Shown in pieces: positions 40,601 through 48,917 of a stretch of DNA of 64,000 nt (its first letter is position 1; each line of letters starts with the position of its first letter). The stretch is from contig OZ223300.1 in assembly GCA_965140705.1 (NCBI GenBank), forward strand, positions 1,664,001 to 1,728,000. The letters run 5' to 3'. A program made the position numbers and the translations under genes. This stretch comes from an uncultured Arcobacter sp. (GTDB lineage: Bacteria; Campylobacterota; Campylobacteria; Campylobacterales; Arcobacteraceae). The notes under the pieces were generated by a model that saw only the letters and a list, made by a program, of their open reading frames with translations, was not told the origin of the DNA and did no database searches.

Positions 40601-41261
40601 CATCTGGAGCAATATAAGGATATTTTATTGCTTGTTCATATATTTTAGTTAATTTTTCAACAAGTACTTGAACTGTATGTTCGAAGTTTAATGGATTAAT
40701 TTGAGAATAAATAGTTGATATCTTAATAGAAATATAGTCAATATTTGGATTAGTTAAAGCTTTAAGATATTTTTCCATTCTCTCTGTTGCTTCTTCTTCT
40801 CCAAGAACAACTTCACCAATAAGATTGATATTTACTCTAGTACCTTCTTTTTTTCTCATTACTAAGTGTTTATTAAAAGGCTCTTCTTCTCCTTTAATAA
40901 CTACTGTTTTTGTATCTTCTCTTATTTGATTTACAAACATAGGAACAGATAAGTTTGGTAAAAATTTTCCGAAATTTTGGAATAACCATAAAAGAGTCTT
41001 ATCTTTTGTTGTAAAAAAGTGAGCCATCCCATGCTTTTCTAATAAGAAAATAATTTGATCAGCAACTCTTGCATTTGAATCACATCTAAAACATTGATCC
41101 ATTAACTCTATTAAGAGAGCTTTATCTTTTGGATGTTCAAGCATTTTATTCATTTTTACATAAAATTCTCTATCCCAATCACTAACAAGTTCTGTTGCCC
41201 TATTTTGCCATTTTTCAGCTAATTTAACCGCTGAATTTATAATTTCTGTTTCATTTTTCAT
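37695..41261 (-). CDS. putA: bifunctional proline dehydrogenase/P5C dehydrogenase
   Basis: PRODH (LDMEEY, RLVKGAN, YLVRRLDEN) plus ALDH (PWNFP, ETGGK, GQKCSA, ELFGPV); no N-terminal RHH. Confidence 0.96.
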   Translation of the reverse strand: MKNETEIINSAVKLAEKWQNRATELVSDWDREFYVKMNKMLEHPKDKALLIELMDQCFRCDSNARVADQIIFLLEKHGMAHFFTTKDKTLLWLFQNFGKFLPNLSVPMFVNQIREDTKTVVIKGEEEPFNKHLVMRKKEGTRVNINLIGEVVLGEEEATERMEKYLKALTNPNIDYISIKISTIYSQINPLNFEHTVQVLVEKLTKIYEQAIKYPYIAPDGTKSNKFINLDMEEYRDLAITVEVFKRTLDKPQFKDFYAGIVLQAYVPDSFLVQKDLLAWAKKRVENGGSPIKFRLVKGANMEMEETEASQKHWEMVTYIDKSDTDSNYKRMARYALDPENAPYMHIGTASHNLFELAFATTLAQENGTTKYHTLEMLEGMSEAARLAINEISKSVILYAPTAAKEQFTNAIAYLVRRLDENTGPDNFIRYSFGLTVGSEDWNMQKELFLKSFENEKTSFVGSKRTQNRLTEKWDDFSHTSYDTKEYHAEADTDFILPANQEWAKNIVKKWKFSKDTEHKITPIVVGGEDIVEDRKVVEAIDKCQIEDGVLAGKFANANAEDLKRAVEVAKADVDGWRSLTHEQRHEALKHVSNKLKERRDSLIGIAAAEVGKVFTETDVEVSEAVDFVEFYPFSAHHFDKYENIEFTGKGVGVVVPPWNFPVAIPLGGVAATLAAGNTVIIKPASVAALTAYEMCKCFWDAGISKNVLQFVPCPGALAGEHLIANKDVDFVILTGGEDTAATMLKTRPDLQLTAETGGKDATIVTNMADREQAIKNVCLSAFNNSGQKCSATSLLVLEEEVYNDESFKKALVDTARSMSVGSIWDFKNRIGTLANPVSGNLKKAIETLEGNEEWLLAPSYAEGNEYMLKPAIKWGVEEGSFIHMNELFGPVLAVIKAKDLEHAVKIVNATGYGLTSGIESLDEREVTYWKENLKAGNLYVNRGTTGAIVLRQPFGGMGKSAIGAGRKVGIFNYITQFVNFTEKSSPVVSKKYNSDLVKFIDSCKSKGENKEDFEKLAVAVQSYYENYENEFSKAKDYCEVRGEDNHFRYLPLDKVVIRVSSDDTIFEVVSRILAARISNVNFTVSINSNATIKDFLSKSAVLLETNNVIEEDDKAFATTIKDYQRVIYSDISKVPASIFEAASKSLTYIVRQAPMMEGRLELLNYFIEQSISHSFHRYGNIGARGLK

Positions 41262-41302
41262 TTATTACCCTTAAATATCTATTATTTTTTTAATTAGTTT
41301 TA

Positions 41303-41337
41303 AGTAATTGAACACATTTTAAATGTGCTCAATTACT
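41303..41337 (-). other. long stem-loop between liv genes and putA
   Basis: Minus strand AGUAAUUGAGCACAUUU-A-AAAUGUGUUCAAUUACU with one G-U pair. Confidence 0.6.
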
Positions 41338-41358
41338 AAGTGTCGTTATTTTAGTGTT

Positions 41359-41427
41359 TTAATTAAGGATTTCCTGGCCTTTATGTAAGTCTTGTACTTT
41401 TGATTGTAATCTACGTTTATGTCTCAT
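41359..41427 (-). CDS. putative 22-aa small protein
   Basis: MRHKRRLQSKVQDLHKGQEILN; ATG 1 nt after the livF stop (TAA-T-ATG). Confidence 0.35.
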   Translation of the reverse strand: MRHKRRLQSKVQDLHKGQEILN

Positions 41428-41428
41428 A

Positions 41429-42151
41429 TTAATGCTTTTTACCTAAATAAGCTTCTTGTATTGCTTTAGAGTTTAATAATTCTTCCGCTGTACCTTCATG
41501 TGTGATTTTCCCAACTTCTAGTACATATGCTCTATCTGCTAATTTAAGAGCTGCTTTTGCATTTTGCTCAACTAATAAAACTGTAACACCATTTAAGGCA
41601 ATCTCTTTTATTGCTTTAAAAATTGCTTTAATTAAAATTGGTGCCAATCCTAATGAAGGCTCATCCAAAATTAAAAGTTTAGGTTTACTCATAATAGCTC
41701 TACCAATGGCTAACATTTGTTGTTCTCCACCTGATAAAGTTCCTGCAAGTTGTTTTTTTCTCTCTTTCAATCTTGGCAAAATATCATAAATCCAATCTAA
41801 AGTCTCTTTATCATGTCCTTTTAATGTATATGCACCCATCATAAGATTTTCTTCAACAGTTAATGTTCCAAATACTCTTCTTCCTTCTGGTGAGTGAGAC
41901 ATACCAAGGGATACAATATCATGCGCTTCACATTTAGTAATATCATTTTTATCAAAAATAATATTCCCTGATTTTGGTTTTAAAAGTCCAGAGATTGTTC
42001 TTAAAGTTGTAGTTTTCCCGGCACCATTAGCACCAAGAATTGTTACAACTTCTCCTTTTAATACAGTTAAATCAATACCTTTAATAGCAGATATTGCTCC
42101 ATATGACACATGAAGATCTTTAACTTCTAGTAATATTTCATTATTTACCAT
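41429..42151 (-). CDS. livF: LIV-type ABC transporter ATPase
   Basis: GANGAGKTT, PEGRRVF, LSGGEQQMLA, LDEPSLGLAP. Confidence 0.93.
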   Translation of the reverse strand: MVNNEILLEVKDLHVSYGAISAIKGIDLTVLKGEVVTILGANGAGKTTTLRTISGLLKPKSGNIIFDKNDITKCEAHDIVSLGMSHSPEGRRVFGTLTVEENLMMGAYTLKGHDKETLDWIYDILPRLKERKKQLAGTLSGGEQQMLAIGRAIMSKPKLLILDEPSLGLAPILIKAIFKAIKEIALNGVTVLLVEQNAKAALKLADRAYVLEVGKITHEGTAEELLNSKAIQEAYLGKKH

Positions 42152-42930
42152 TATTCATCCTCCTCATCATCATCTGTTCCAATATAAGCTTCAATAACTT
42201 TTGGATCATCTTGTACAAATGATGGAAGACCTTGAGAAATCTCTTTCCCAAAATTGATAACAGTAATATAATCAGTTAATTTCATAACCATATCCATATC
42301 ATGCTCAATCATCATAATTCCAAGACCCATCTCTTTTATTTTCAAAATAATATTAGTAAGTTCTATGGTTTCATTTTCATTAAGTCCTGCTGCTGGTTCA
42401 TCTAAAATTAAAAGTTCAGGTTCAGCTGCAAGTGCTCTTGCCATCTCAATTTTTCTTTGATTTCCATAAGATAAATCTCCAGCAGGAGTTTTAGCATATT
42501 TTGTCAAACCAAAGAAATCCATTAATTCTCCAACTTTTTCCCATTGTTTCTTTTCATCTGCTCTATAAAAAGGTGTATGAACAATAGAGTGATACCATTT
42601 TTGTTCTGACTTTGTATGACATCCCGCAATAATATTTTCTGCAACACTCATCTCTTTAAAAAGTCTGATGTTTTGAAAGGTTCTTAAAACTCCCCTTTGG
42701 GCAATTTTATGTGGTTCCATACCAGTAATATTTTCACCTTTATATTTTATAGTTCCTTGTTCAGGAGTATAAATACCTGTTACACAGTTAAAAAGCGTAG
42801 TTTTACCAGCACCGTTTGGACCAATAATTCCATATATTTGACCAGGTTTAACTTTGATAGTTAAATCATCAATTGCAACTAGTCCATGGAAAAATTTTGA
42901 AACATTTTCTATTTCTAATACATATTTCAT
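42151..42930 (-). CDS. livG: LIV-type ABC transporter ATPase
   Basis: GPNGAGKTT, RTFQNIRLF, LSYGNQR, DEPAAGLN, VIEAYIG. Confidence 0.93.
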   Translation of the reverse strand: MKYVLEIENVSKFFHGLVAIDDLTIKVKPGQIYGIIGPNGAGKTTLFNCVTGIYTPEQGTIKYKGENITGMEPHKIAQRGVLRTFQNIRLFKEMSVAENIIAGCHTKSEQKWYHSIVHTPFYRADEKKQWEKVGELMDFFGLTKYAKTPAGDLSYGNQRKIEMARALAAEPELLILDEPAAGLNENETIELTNIILKIKEMGLGIMMIEHDMDMVMKLTDYITVINFGKEISQGLPSFVQDDPKVIEAYIGTDDDEEDE

Positions 42931-43886
42931 TATTTTGCCTCCCTAGCTTTCTTTTTAAGAAATTTTGGAATATTTCCAAAAGTTGCAGGCCAAACACCAT
43001 TTGGTCTTAAAATCATAGTAAGAACCATTGCTGCACCAAAAATTAAATATCTTGATTCTTTAAACTCTGTAAATAATTCAGGTAATACAAACATTACAAA
43101 TGTTCCAATAATAATTCCCGGAAGTGAAGCAGATCCACCAACAAGAACGATTGCAAAGAACATTACTGATTGCATAAAGTTAAATGACTCAGGACTTACA
43201 GCTGAATACTGAATAGCAAAAACACATCCAGCAGCACCTGCAATTGCAGCACCTAAAGCAAAAGCAAATAATTTGTAATATGAGATATTAATACCCATAG
43301 ATTTTGCAGCAATTTCATTTTTATTTATATAATATAAAGCTCTTCCATATCTTGATGTATCTAAATTTCTAATTATTAATAAAGTAACAATTAATAAAGA
43401 GAATGCAATATAATAAACACCTGTATCACTAGTTATTTCATATCCCAAAACCCTAAAGAAATCAATTCCAAAAATACCATTAGGTCCACCAGTTAAGCCA
43501 AATACATCATTTGATAATACTTGTTCAAAAATGATATTAAATCCAATAGTTGCAACAAGTAAATAATCACCTCTTAGATGAATAATTGGACCAGCAAGTA
43601 AAACTGAAAAAACAACTGGAATTAAAATTGCAAAAGGAATAGTTTCAATAATTTCAAACCCATAATGTACATTTAAAATAGCTGTTGTATAAGCACCCAT
43701 TCCAAAGAATATTGCATGTCCCATATTAAATACACCAGCACGTCCAAGAATGATATCTTGAGAAAAGGCAACAACGGCAAATACTAAAAATGTAATACCA
43801 ATACTTAACCAAGCAGAATCAACTAAAAATGGAAAAACTGCCATAACTACTAAAAAAAGTGTAGCAATAATTGTAGTTCTATTCAT
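42930..43886 (-). CDS. livM: LIV-type ABC transporter permease
   Basis: GHAIFFGMGAY, LRGDYL, LTGGPNG. Confidence 0.9.
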   Translation of the reverse strand: MNRTTIIATLFLVVMAVFPFLVDSAWLSIGITFLVFAVVAFSQDIILGRAGVFNMGHAIFFGMGAYTTAILNVHYGFEIIETIPFAILIPVVFSVLLAGPIIHLRGDYLLVATIGFNIIFEQVLSNDVFGLTGGPNGIFGIDFFRVLGYEITSDTGVYYIAFSLLIVTLLIIRNLDTSRYGRALYYINKNEIAAKSMGINISYYKLFAFALGAAIAGAAGCVFAIQYSAVSPESFNFMQSVMFFAIVLVGGSASLPGIIIGTFVMFVLPELFTEFKESRYLIFGAAMVLTMILRPNGVWPATFGNIPKFLKKKAREAK

Positions 43887-44788
43887 TATACTTTCTCCGC
43901 TGTGTTTTCACCAAAAAGTCCAGTTGGTTTTACTATTAAAATTATAATTAATAAAATAAATGTAAATGTTTCTGCCCATTCTGTTGAAATATATCCTGAT
44001 ATTAGTGCATTAAATAATCCAAGTAATAAGCCACCAAGCATAGCTCCTGGAATACTCCCAATACCACCAATAATAGCTGCAATAAAGGCATTTAATCCAT
44101 AAAGCCATCCCATATCAAATGTTAAACCTCTATAATACATACCAATAAATAATCCACCAATTGCTCCAAGCATAGAACCTATTATGAAAATAGTCATAAT
44201 TACTCTATTAACATTGATACCCATAAGCTTTGCAGCATCTTGATCTATAGCAGTTGCTCTAATGGCAGTTCCCATTTTTGTTTTGTTGATGAAAAGATAA
44301 AGTGCAACCATTAACACAGCTGATAATGCTAAAATTATTAATTGCGTAAATGAAATTATAACTCCACCAAAATTCCATGAAGTACTTGGAAATACATTTG
44401 CTGGGAAAATTTCCATATTTGGTCCCCAAATTAACATTATTGCATTTTGTATAACAAGTGATGCACCAAGAGCAGAAACAACTGCACTTAATCTTGGTGC
44501 CGTTCTTAAAGGTCTATAGGCTAGACGCTCAAGAAGAACACCTACAAAAGCCACAATGATTGCTGTTAAAGTAAATACTATAACAATATTCACTAACGTC
44601 AATGCATTTGAACCATAAAACTGTGTAAACAAAGTAAGTCCTACATAAGCAGAAAAGGCAACAAGGTCACCGTGTGCGAAGTTGATTAACTTCATCACAC
44701 CGTAAACCATTGTATAACCTAAAGCTACTAATGCATACAAACTTCCTATTGTTAAGCCATTAATTAACTGTTGAAGAAGAGTATCCAT
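43886..44788 (-). CDS. livH: LIV-type ABC transporter permease
   Basis: QQLINGL..GSLYALVALGYTMVYG..INFAHG. Confidence 0.93.
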   Translation of the reverse strand: MDTLLQQLINGLTIGSLYALVALGYTMVYGVMKLINFAHGDLVAFSAYVGLTLFTQFYGSNALTLVNIVIVFTLTAIIVAFVGVLLERLAYRPLRTAPRLSAVVSALGASLVIQNAIMLIWGPNMEIFPANVFPSTSWNFGGVIISFTQLIILALSAVLMVALYLFINKTKMGTAIRATAIDQDAAKLMGINVNRVIMTIFIIGSMLGAIGGLFIGMYYRGLTFDMGWLYGLNAFIAAIIGGIGSIPGAMLGGLLLGLFNALISGYISTEWAETFTFILLIIILIVKPTGLFGENTAEKV

Positions 44789-44806
44789 TATTTTAAAACC
44801 TCATTT

Positions 44807-45928
44807 TTATTCAGGAACAACTTGTTTTGTACCATCATTATTCATTTTATAAACAACAAATTTAGCGCCAACTCTCTCACCATCTTCTCTAATATTAAAT
44901 GGTCCAGTAATTCCTGGGAAGTCTTTCATAGATCTAATATATTCAGCAATTTTTTTAGTATCAAAAGATTTTGTTTTTTCAACACCTTCAATAATTGCTC
45001 TAAAACCATCTGCATTAGTTACAGGCCAAATTGATGGAGGATCCATTTTAAATCTAGCTTTGTAAGCTGCAAGATATTTTTTAGCTTCTGGATATGGTAA
45101 AATTTCAGGTGTTGGGAAGTTAATTAAAATTGTTCCAGCAGCTGCTTTACCTGCTAATTTATAAAAATCAGGATTGTCATTTGAATCACCACCAACAAAA
45201 TCTGCATCTATTTGTAATTGTTTTTGTTGAGCTCTTAATAATCCACCATCAGTATAATAACCTGAATAATAAATTACATCTGGTTTCATTTCTTTAATTT
45301 TTGTTAAAATTGCCGAAAAGTTTTGAGTTCCAGATTTAATTTTTCCTCTATAAATAACATTTCCACCAAGAGCTTTAATTGAAGCTTCAGTTGCATCACC
45401 AAGTCCTTCTGAATAAGAAGAATAATCAGATAAAACTACAATTTTTTTATATTTTTTAACTTTTACCATATACTCTGCTGTAAAATCACTTTGAGAAGAG
45501 TTTGGAAATGAGTTTCTAAAGAAAGTCCAATATTTTTTAGCGATTAAAGAATCACTTGTACCATCAGAAGTTTGTAAAACTTTTTTTCTATAATATGTAG
45601 TTTGAGCAGCTTCAGTAGCACCTGAAGTATAAGAACCAATTACTGCAATTACACCTGCATTAGTCAATTTTTTAGCACAAACAGCAGCTTTTTGAGCTTT
45701 GGCTTCATCATCACAAGTAATAACTTCAATTTTTTTACCTAAAAGCCCACCCTCTGCATTTTTTTCATCTGCTATAAGTCTTACAAAGTTTTCTATACTT
45801 TGACCTTCATTAGCATATTGTCCTGTAATTGGTGCTTGTACACCAATCTTAACGGTATCAGCTGCAAACAATACTGTTGAAACAGCAGCACTAAGTGCTA
45901 AAGCACTAACAATTTTTGTTAATTTCAT
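44807..45928 (-). CDS. livK: LIV-type amino-acid-binding protein (possibly proline)
   Basis: Signal peptide, KIGVQAPITG, DDEA, VIGSYTSG; substrate inferred only from linkage to putA. Confidence 0.82.
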   Translation of the reverse strand: MKLTKIVSALALSAAVSTVLFAADTVKIGVQAPITGQYANEGQSIENFVRLIADEKNAEGGLLGKKIEVITCDDEAKAQKAAVCAKKLTNAGVIAVIGSYTSGATEAAQTTYYRKKVLQTSDGTSDSLIAKKYWTFFRNSFPNSSQSDFTAEYMVKVKKYKKIVVLSDYSSYSEGLGDATEASIKALGGNVIYRGKIKSGTQNFSAILTKIKEMKPDVIYYSGYYTDGGLLRAQQKQLQIDADFVGGDSNDNPDFYKLAGKAAAGTILINFPTPEILPYPEAKKYLAAYKARFKMDPPSIWPVTNADGFRAIIEGVEKTKSFDTKKIAEYIRSMKDFPGITGPFNIREDGERVGAKFVVYKMNNDGTKQVVPE

Positions 45929-45951
45929 TCATTCTCCTTTTTTTGATAAAT

Positions 45952-46614
45952 CTATTTTAAAGTAGGTTCAATTACATAGCAACCCACACACCACTCTCCG
46001 ATGTTCTGAACAACGTGTATATCTCCTCCTTTAAAATAAGATTTTAAATTATTATAATCACTTACTATATTATCAAATGTTTCAATGATTTCATCAAGTC
46101 TTTTCTGTGTTTTCTTTCTTGCACTATTTGAAATATCTAAGTAAAAGGCAAAAAGACCATAATCTAAAGTAGAATCCTCTAATTTATCTCTATCTAACAT
46201 TTTACACATTTTTTCAATTTCACTTTTGTACTCTTCTTGTACATTTCGCACACCATTTTTTATGCTCATAATTACTCTTGAAATAGAATCATTATCAGAT
46301 TTATGTTCAAATCTTTCATCAAGTGTTAAAGATAAAATATCTTGCGTTAAATATTTTTCCTTCATAAAATTTCTAAAAGCATCCCTTTTAGGTAATGAAC
46401 ATCTTAAGATATCTGCAACTGTAGCATCTATATAAATTTCTGGAGCATTTTCTAACTTCGCAATTTCTTGAGAAACATGAATTGATAAAAATTTTGGTGG
46501 AGCATAAGACAAATACAATTCATCTGCTGTCCAAAATGAATAATTCTTTTTGGCAGTATAAATACCTTTTATTACAGCATCTATAATATCATCTTTTGAA
46601 GGGAAATTAGTCAT
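45952..46614 (-). CDS. hypothetical protein, possible degenerate PD-(D/E)XK fold
   Basis: 220-aa ORF overlapping the upstream RHH gene by 8 nt and ending 23 bp before livK; fold assignment is by-eye inference. Confidence 0.7.
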   Translation of the reverse strand: MTNFPSKDDIIDAVIKGIYTAKKNYSFWTADELYLSYAPPKFLSIHVSQEIAKLENAPEIYIDATVADILRCSLPKRDAFRNFMKEKYLTQDILSLTLDERFEHKSDNDSISRVIMSIKNGVRNVQEEYKSEIEKMCKMLDRDKLEDSTLDYGLFAFYLDISNSARKKTQKRLDEIIETFDNIVSDYNNLKSYFKGGDIHVVQNIGEWCVGCYVIEPTLK

Positions 46615-46846
46615 TTTTCACTCCTACAAAATTTTCATCTACTTCTTCCAAAATACCACTTTCATACAATATATCTTCTATAAGTCTATTTTTTGATATG
46701 CTAAGTTGAGTTGATAAAACAACTAAGGCTTGATCTAATTTTTTATCAATCTTAATTGTTAATTGTGAAATCTCTTTTTTAGAGCTATTAGTATGTTTAT
46801 TTATTACATTCTTTATTATTGTTCTATTGTTTTTTTGCTTAGCCAT
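46607..46846 (-). CDS. ribbon-helix-helix DNA-binding protein
   Basis: QLTIKID (beta strand), KKLDQALVVLSTQL (helix A), SKNRLIEDIL (helix B). Confidence 0.7.
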   Translation of the reverse strand: MAKQKNNRTIIKNVINKHTNSSKKEISQLTIKIDKKLDQALVVLSTQLSISKNRLIEDILYESGILEEVDENFVGVKND

Positions 46847-46869
46847 CTCATCTCTTTTTATATTTCTTT

Positions 46870-46896
46870 TTTAGTAGTATAAAAGGTACTACTAAA
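46870..46896. promoter_or_regulatory. palindromic operator overlapping the -10 of the RHH-liv-putA operon
   Basis: TTTAGTAGTA-N7-TACTACTAAA, containing TATACT on the minus strand (46876-46881). Confidence 0.6.
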
Positions 46897-46992
46897 TTAA
46901 ACTTATGAATTATTGCATTGGAAAAATTAAAATAAACTTAATCTTTTTCCAAAAACTGTATATTTTCTATACAATTTTAAATAATAATGAGA

Positions 46993-47010
46993 ATTGCTAC
47001 GTTAATGCTA
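46993..47010. promoter_or_regulatory. 11-bp-period direct repeat, copy 1
   Basis: ATTGCTACGTT-AATGCTA; near-identical to 59974-59998. Confidence 0.5.
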
Positions 47011-47022
47011 TTTTAGAGTGAA

Positions 47023-47904
47023 TTATTTAGATTTTTGTTGAAAAATAAGACCAAAAATTATTAATACTAAACCTACTATTGTAGATAATAAAATTGTCTC
47101 TCCTAATATAAAGTGAATAAATATCAAAGATAAGAATGGTGAAATGAAAATTAAATTTGCAATCTGGGAGGTATTTGTAGTACTTTGCATAGCTTTTAAC
47201 CAAAATAAAAAGGTAATTCCCATCTCAAATAATCCAACATAAACTGCACCTAATAAGCCTGATAGATTAGGTAACTCTATAGGTTGAGTGTATATATAAT
47301 AAATAACTATCAGAGGAAAAGAGAATAAAAAGTTACAAAATAGGCTTACAGTAGAATCAGCCACAGATTTTGTACTAGATATCCAATACAAAGACCAAAG
47401 AAGAGTACTTGCAAGTGCTAGAACTAATCCCTCCTTATTTGAGAAGTTTAAGCTAAAAGGCGCTCCTTTTGTAGCAATAATAAGAACACCAAAATAACAA
47501 ACAACTCCAGCTATTATGTCATAAATACTTAATTTATGTTTTAAAAAAGGTACAGATAATAGTGATAACATCAATGCCCATGTATAATTTATTGATTGTG
47601 CTTCTTGTGCAGGTAAAAGATCATATGCTTTAAACAATACCAAATAATATAAAAAAGGATTAATTGCACCTAAAAGAAGTATTAACAAAGAATTACTCTT
47701 TATATGAGCAATAACTAAAGGTAATTTTTTCTCAATAACTAATACAACAAAAAGAACAATTAGTGATGTGGTAGATGCATATAAAACGAGGGCTTCTGGT
47801 GTAAGGTATGATAACGATACTTTAAATGCTGTTGCAACAGTTGACCAGAGAAAAACAGAAATAAGTGCATATTTATATGCTGAAGTTAATTTAATTTTAA
47901 ACAT
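47023..47904 (-). CDS. DMT/EamA family transporter
   Basis: About 10 TM in two repeats; LWSTVATAFK, QSINYTW, NLIFISPFLS. Confidence 0.9.
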   Translation of the reverse strand: MFKIKLTSAYKYALISVFLWSTVATAFKVSLSYLTPEALVLYASTTSLIVLFVVLVIEKKLPLVIAHIKSNSLLILLLGAINPFLYYLVLFKAYDLLPAQEAQSINYTWALMLSLLSVPFLKHKLSIYDIIAGVVCYFGVLIIATKGAPFSLNFSNKEGLVLALASTLLWSLYWISSTKSVADSTVSLFCNFLFSFPLIVIYYIYTQPIELPNLSGLLGAVYVGLFEMGITFLFWLKAMQSTTNTSQIANLIFISPFLSLIFIHFILGETILLSTIVGLVLIIFGLIFQQKSK

Positions 47905-48040
47905 TTACAAATTCTATCATCTATTAATATAAGTTATCTTAAATATCAACAAAAATTTTAATCAAATTAAATTTTATACTTTTAATTTTGTTCTATTTGT
48001 GTTAGAATCTATAATGTAAAAATATACAAAAGGAAAAATA

Positions 48041-48889
48041 ATGGAATACAAAAGAATTTTTTTCCCTCTTGGGGGAGGCGGAGAACTTAGATCTAGAATT
48101 CATGGTGCACTATTAATTGGGAAATATTTTAATGCCCATTTAGAGATATTTAAATCTCAAGCAAGACCAAGTCAAATAATGAAATTTGATAATAGTTTAC
48201 CTGATACGGTATTAAAAGAATTAAATGCTATGACAAAAGATAGATTAAAAGAAGAAATAACTGAACATGAAACTATTTTTAAAGAAGAAATTAAAAAAAT
48301 TGGTAATACATCTTCATCAAAATCTAAAAAGAATACTGCAACAGCTACTATTATTACGGGAGAAGGATTTAGAAGTAAACTAATAGAAGAAGAGTCTAAA
48401 TATTGTGATTTAGTAATAGTTTCAACTCCTCATGAAGCTAGAATAACTGCTACATTTGAAACTGCTGTTACAAAAAGTGGGAAACCTGCTTTAATGTTTC
48501 CAAGAAAAATGAAAAAATTTAGTGCAGAAAAGATATTAATTGGTTGGAATAATTCACCAGAAGCTGCAAGAGCAGTATCTGAAGCTATACCATTATTAAA
48601 AAATGCAAAAAAAGTACATATTATCTCATCAAAAAAATATGGCAAAGATTTTAATCAAGTTGCTAAATTGCAAAATTATTTAAAAGATCATGATATTGAT
48701 ACAAGCTTTGAAATTGTAAAAACAACAAAAACACCAGGCCAAGCACTTTTAAAATATGCAAAAGATGGTAAATTTGATTTAATAGTTGCAGGTGCATTTG
48801 GACATCGTGGTCTAAAAGAACTAATGTTTGGGGGAACAACTAAATATATGTTAAAAAATAGTGATATCCCAATATTTATGGCACATTAA
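48041..48889 (+). CDS. universal stress protein (tandem USP)
   Basis: IGWNNSPEAARA and DLIVAGAFGH...FGGTT. Confidence 0.9.
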   Translation: MEYKRIFFPLGGGGELRSRIHGALLIGKYFNAHLEIFKSQARPSQIMKFDNSLPDTVLKELNAMTKDRLKEEITEHETIFKEEIKKIGNTSSSKSKKNTATATIITGEGFRSKLIEEESKYCDLVIVSTPHEARITATFETAVTKSGKPALMFPRKMKKFSAEKILIGWNNSPEAARAVSEAIPLLKNAKKVHIISSKKYGKDFNQVAKLQNYLKDHDIDTSFEIVKTTKTPGQALLKYAKDGKFDLIVAGAFGHRGLKELMFGGTTKYMLKNSDIPIFMAH

Positions 48890-48917
48890 TAAAGAAGGTT
48901 TTTAGTCCTTCTTTATT
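48888..48917. terminator. bidirectional hairpin between convergent genes
   Basis: AATAAAGAAGG-N8-CCTTCTTTATT. Confidence 0.65.
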
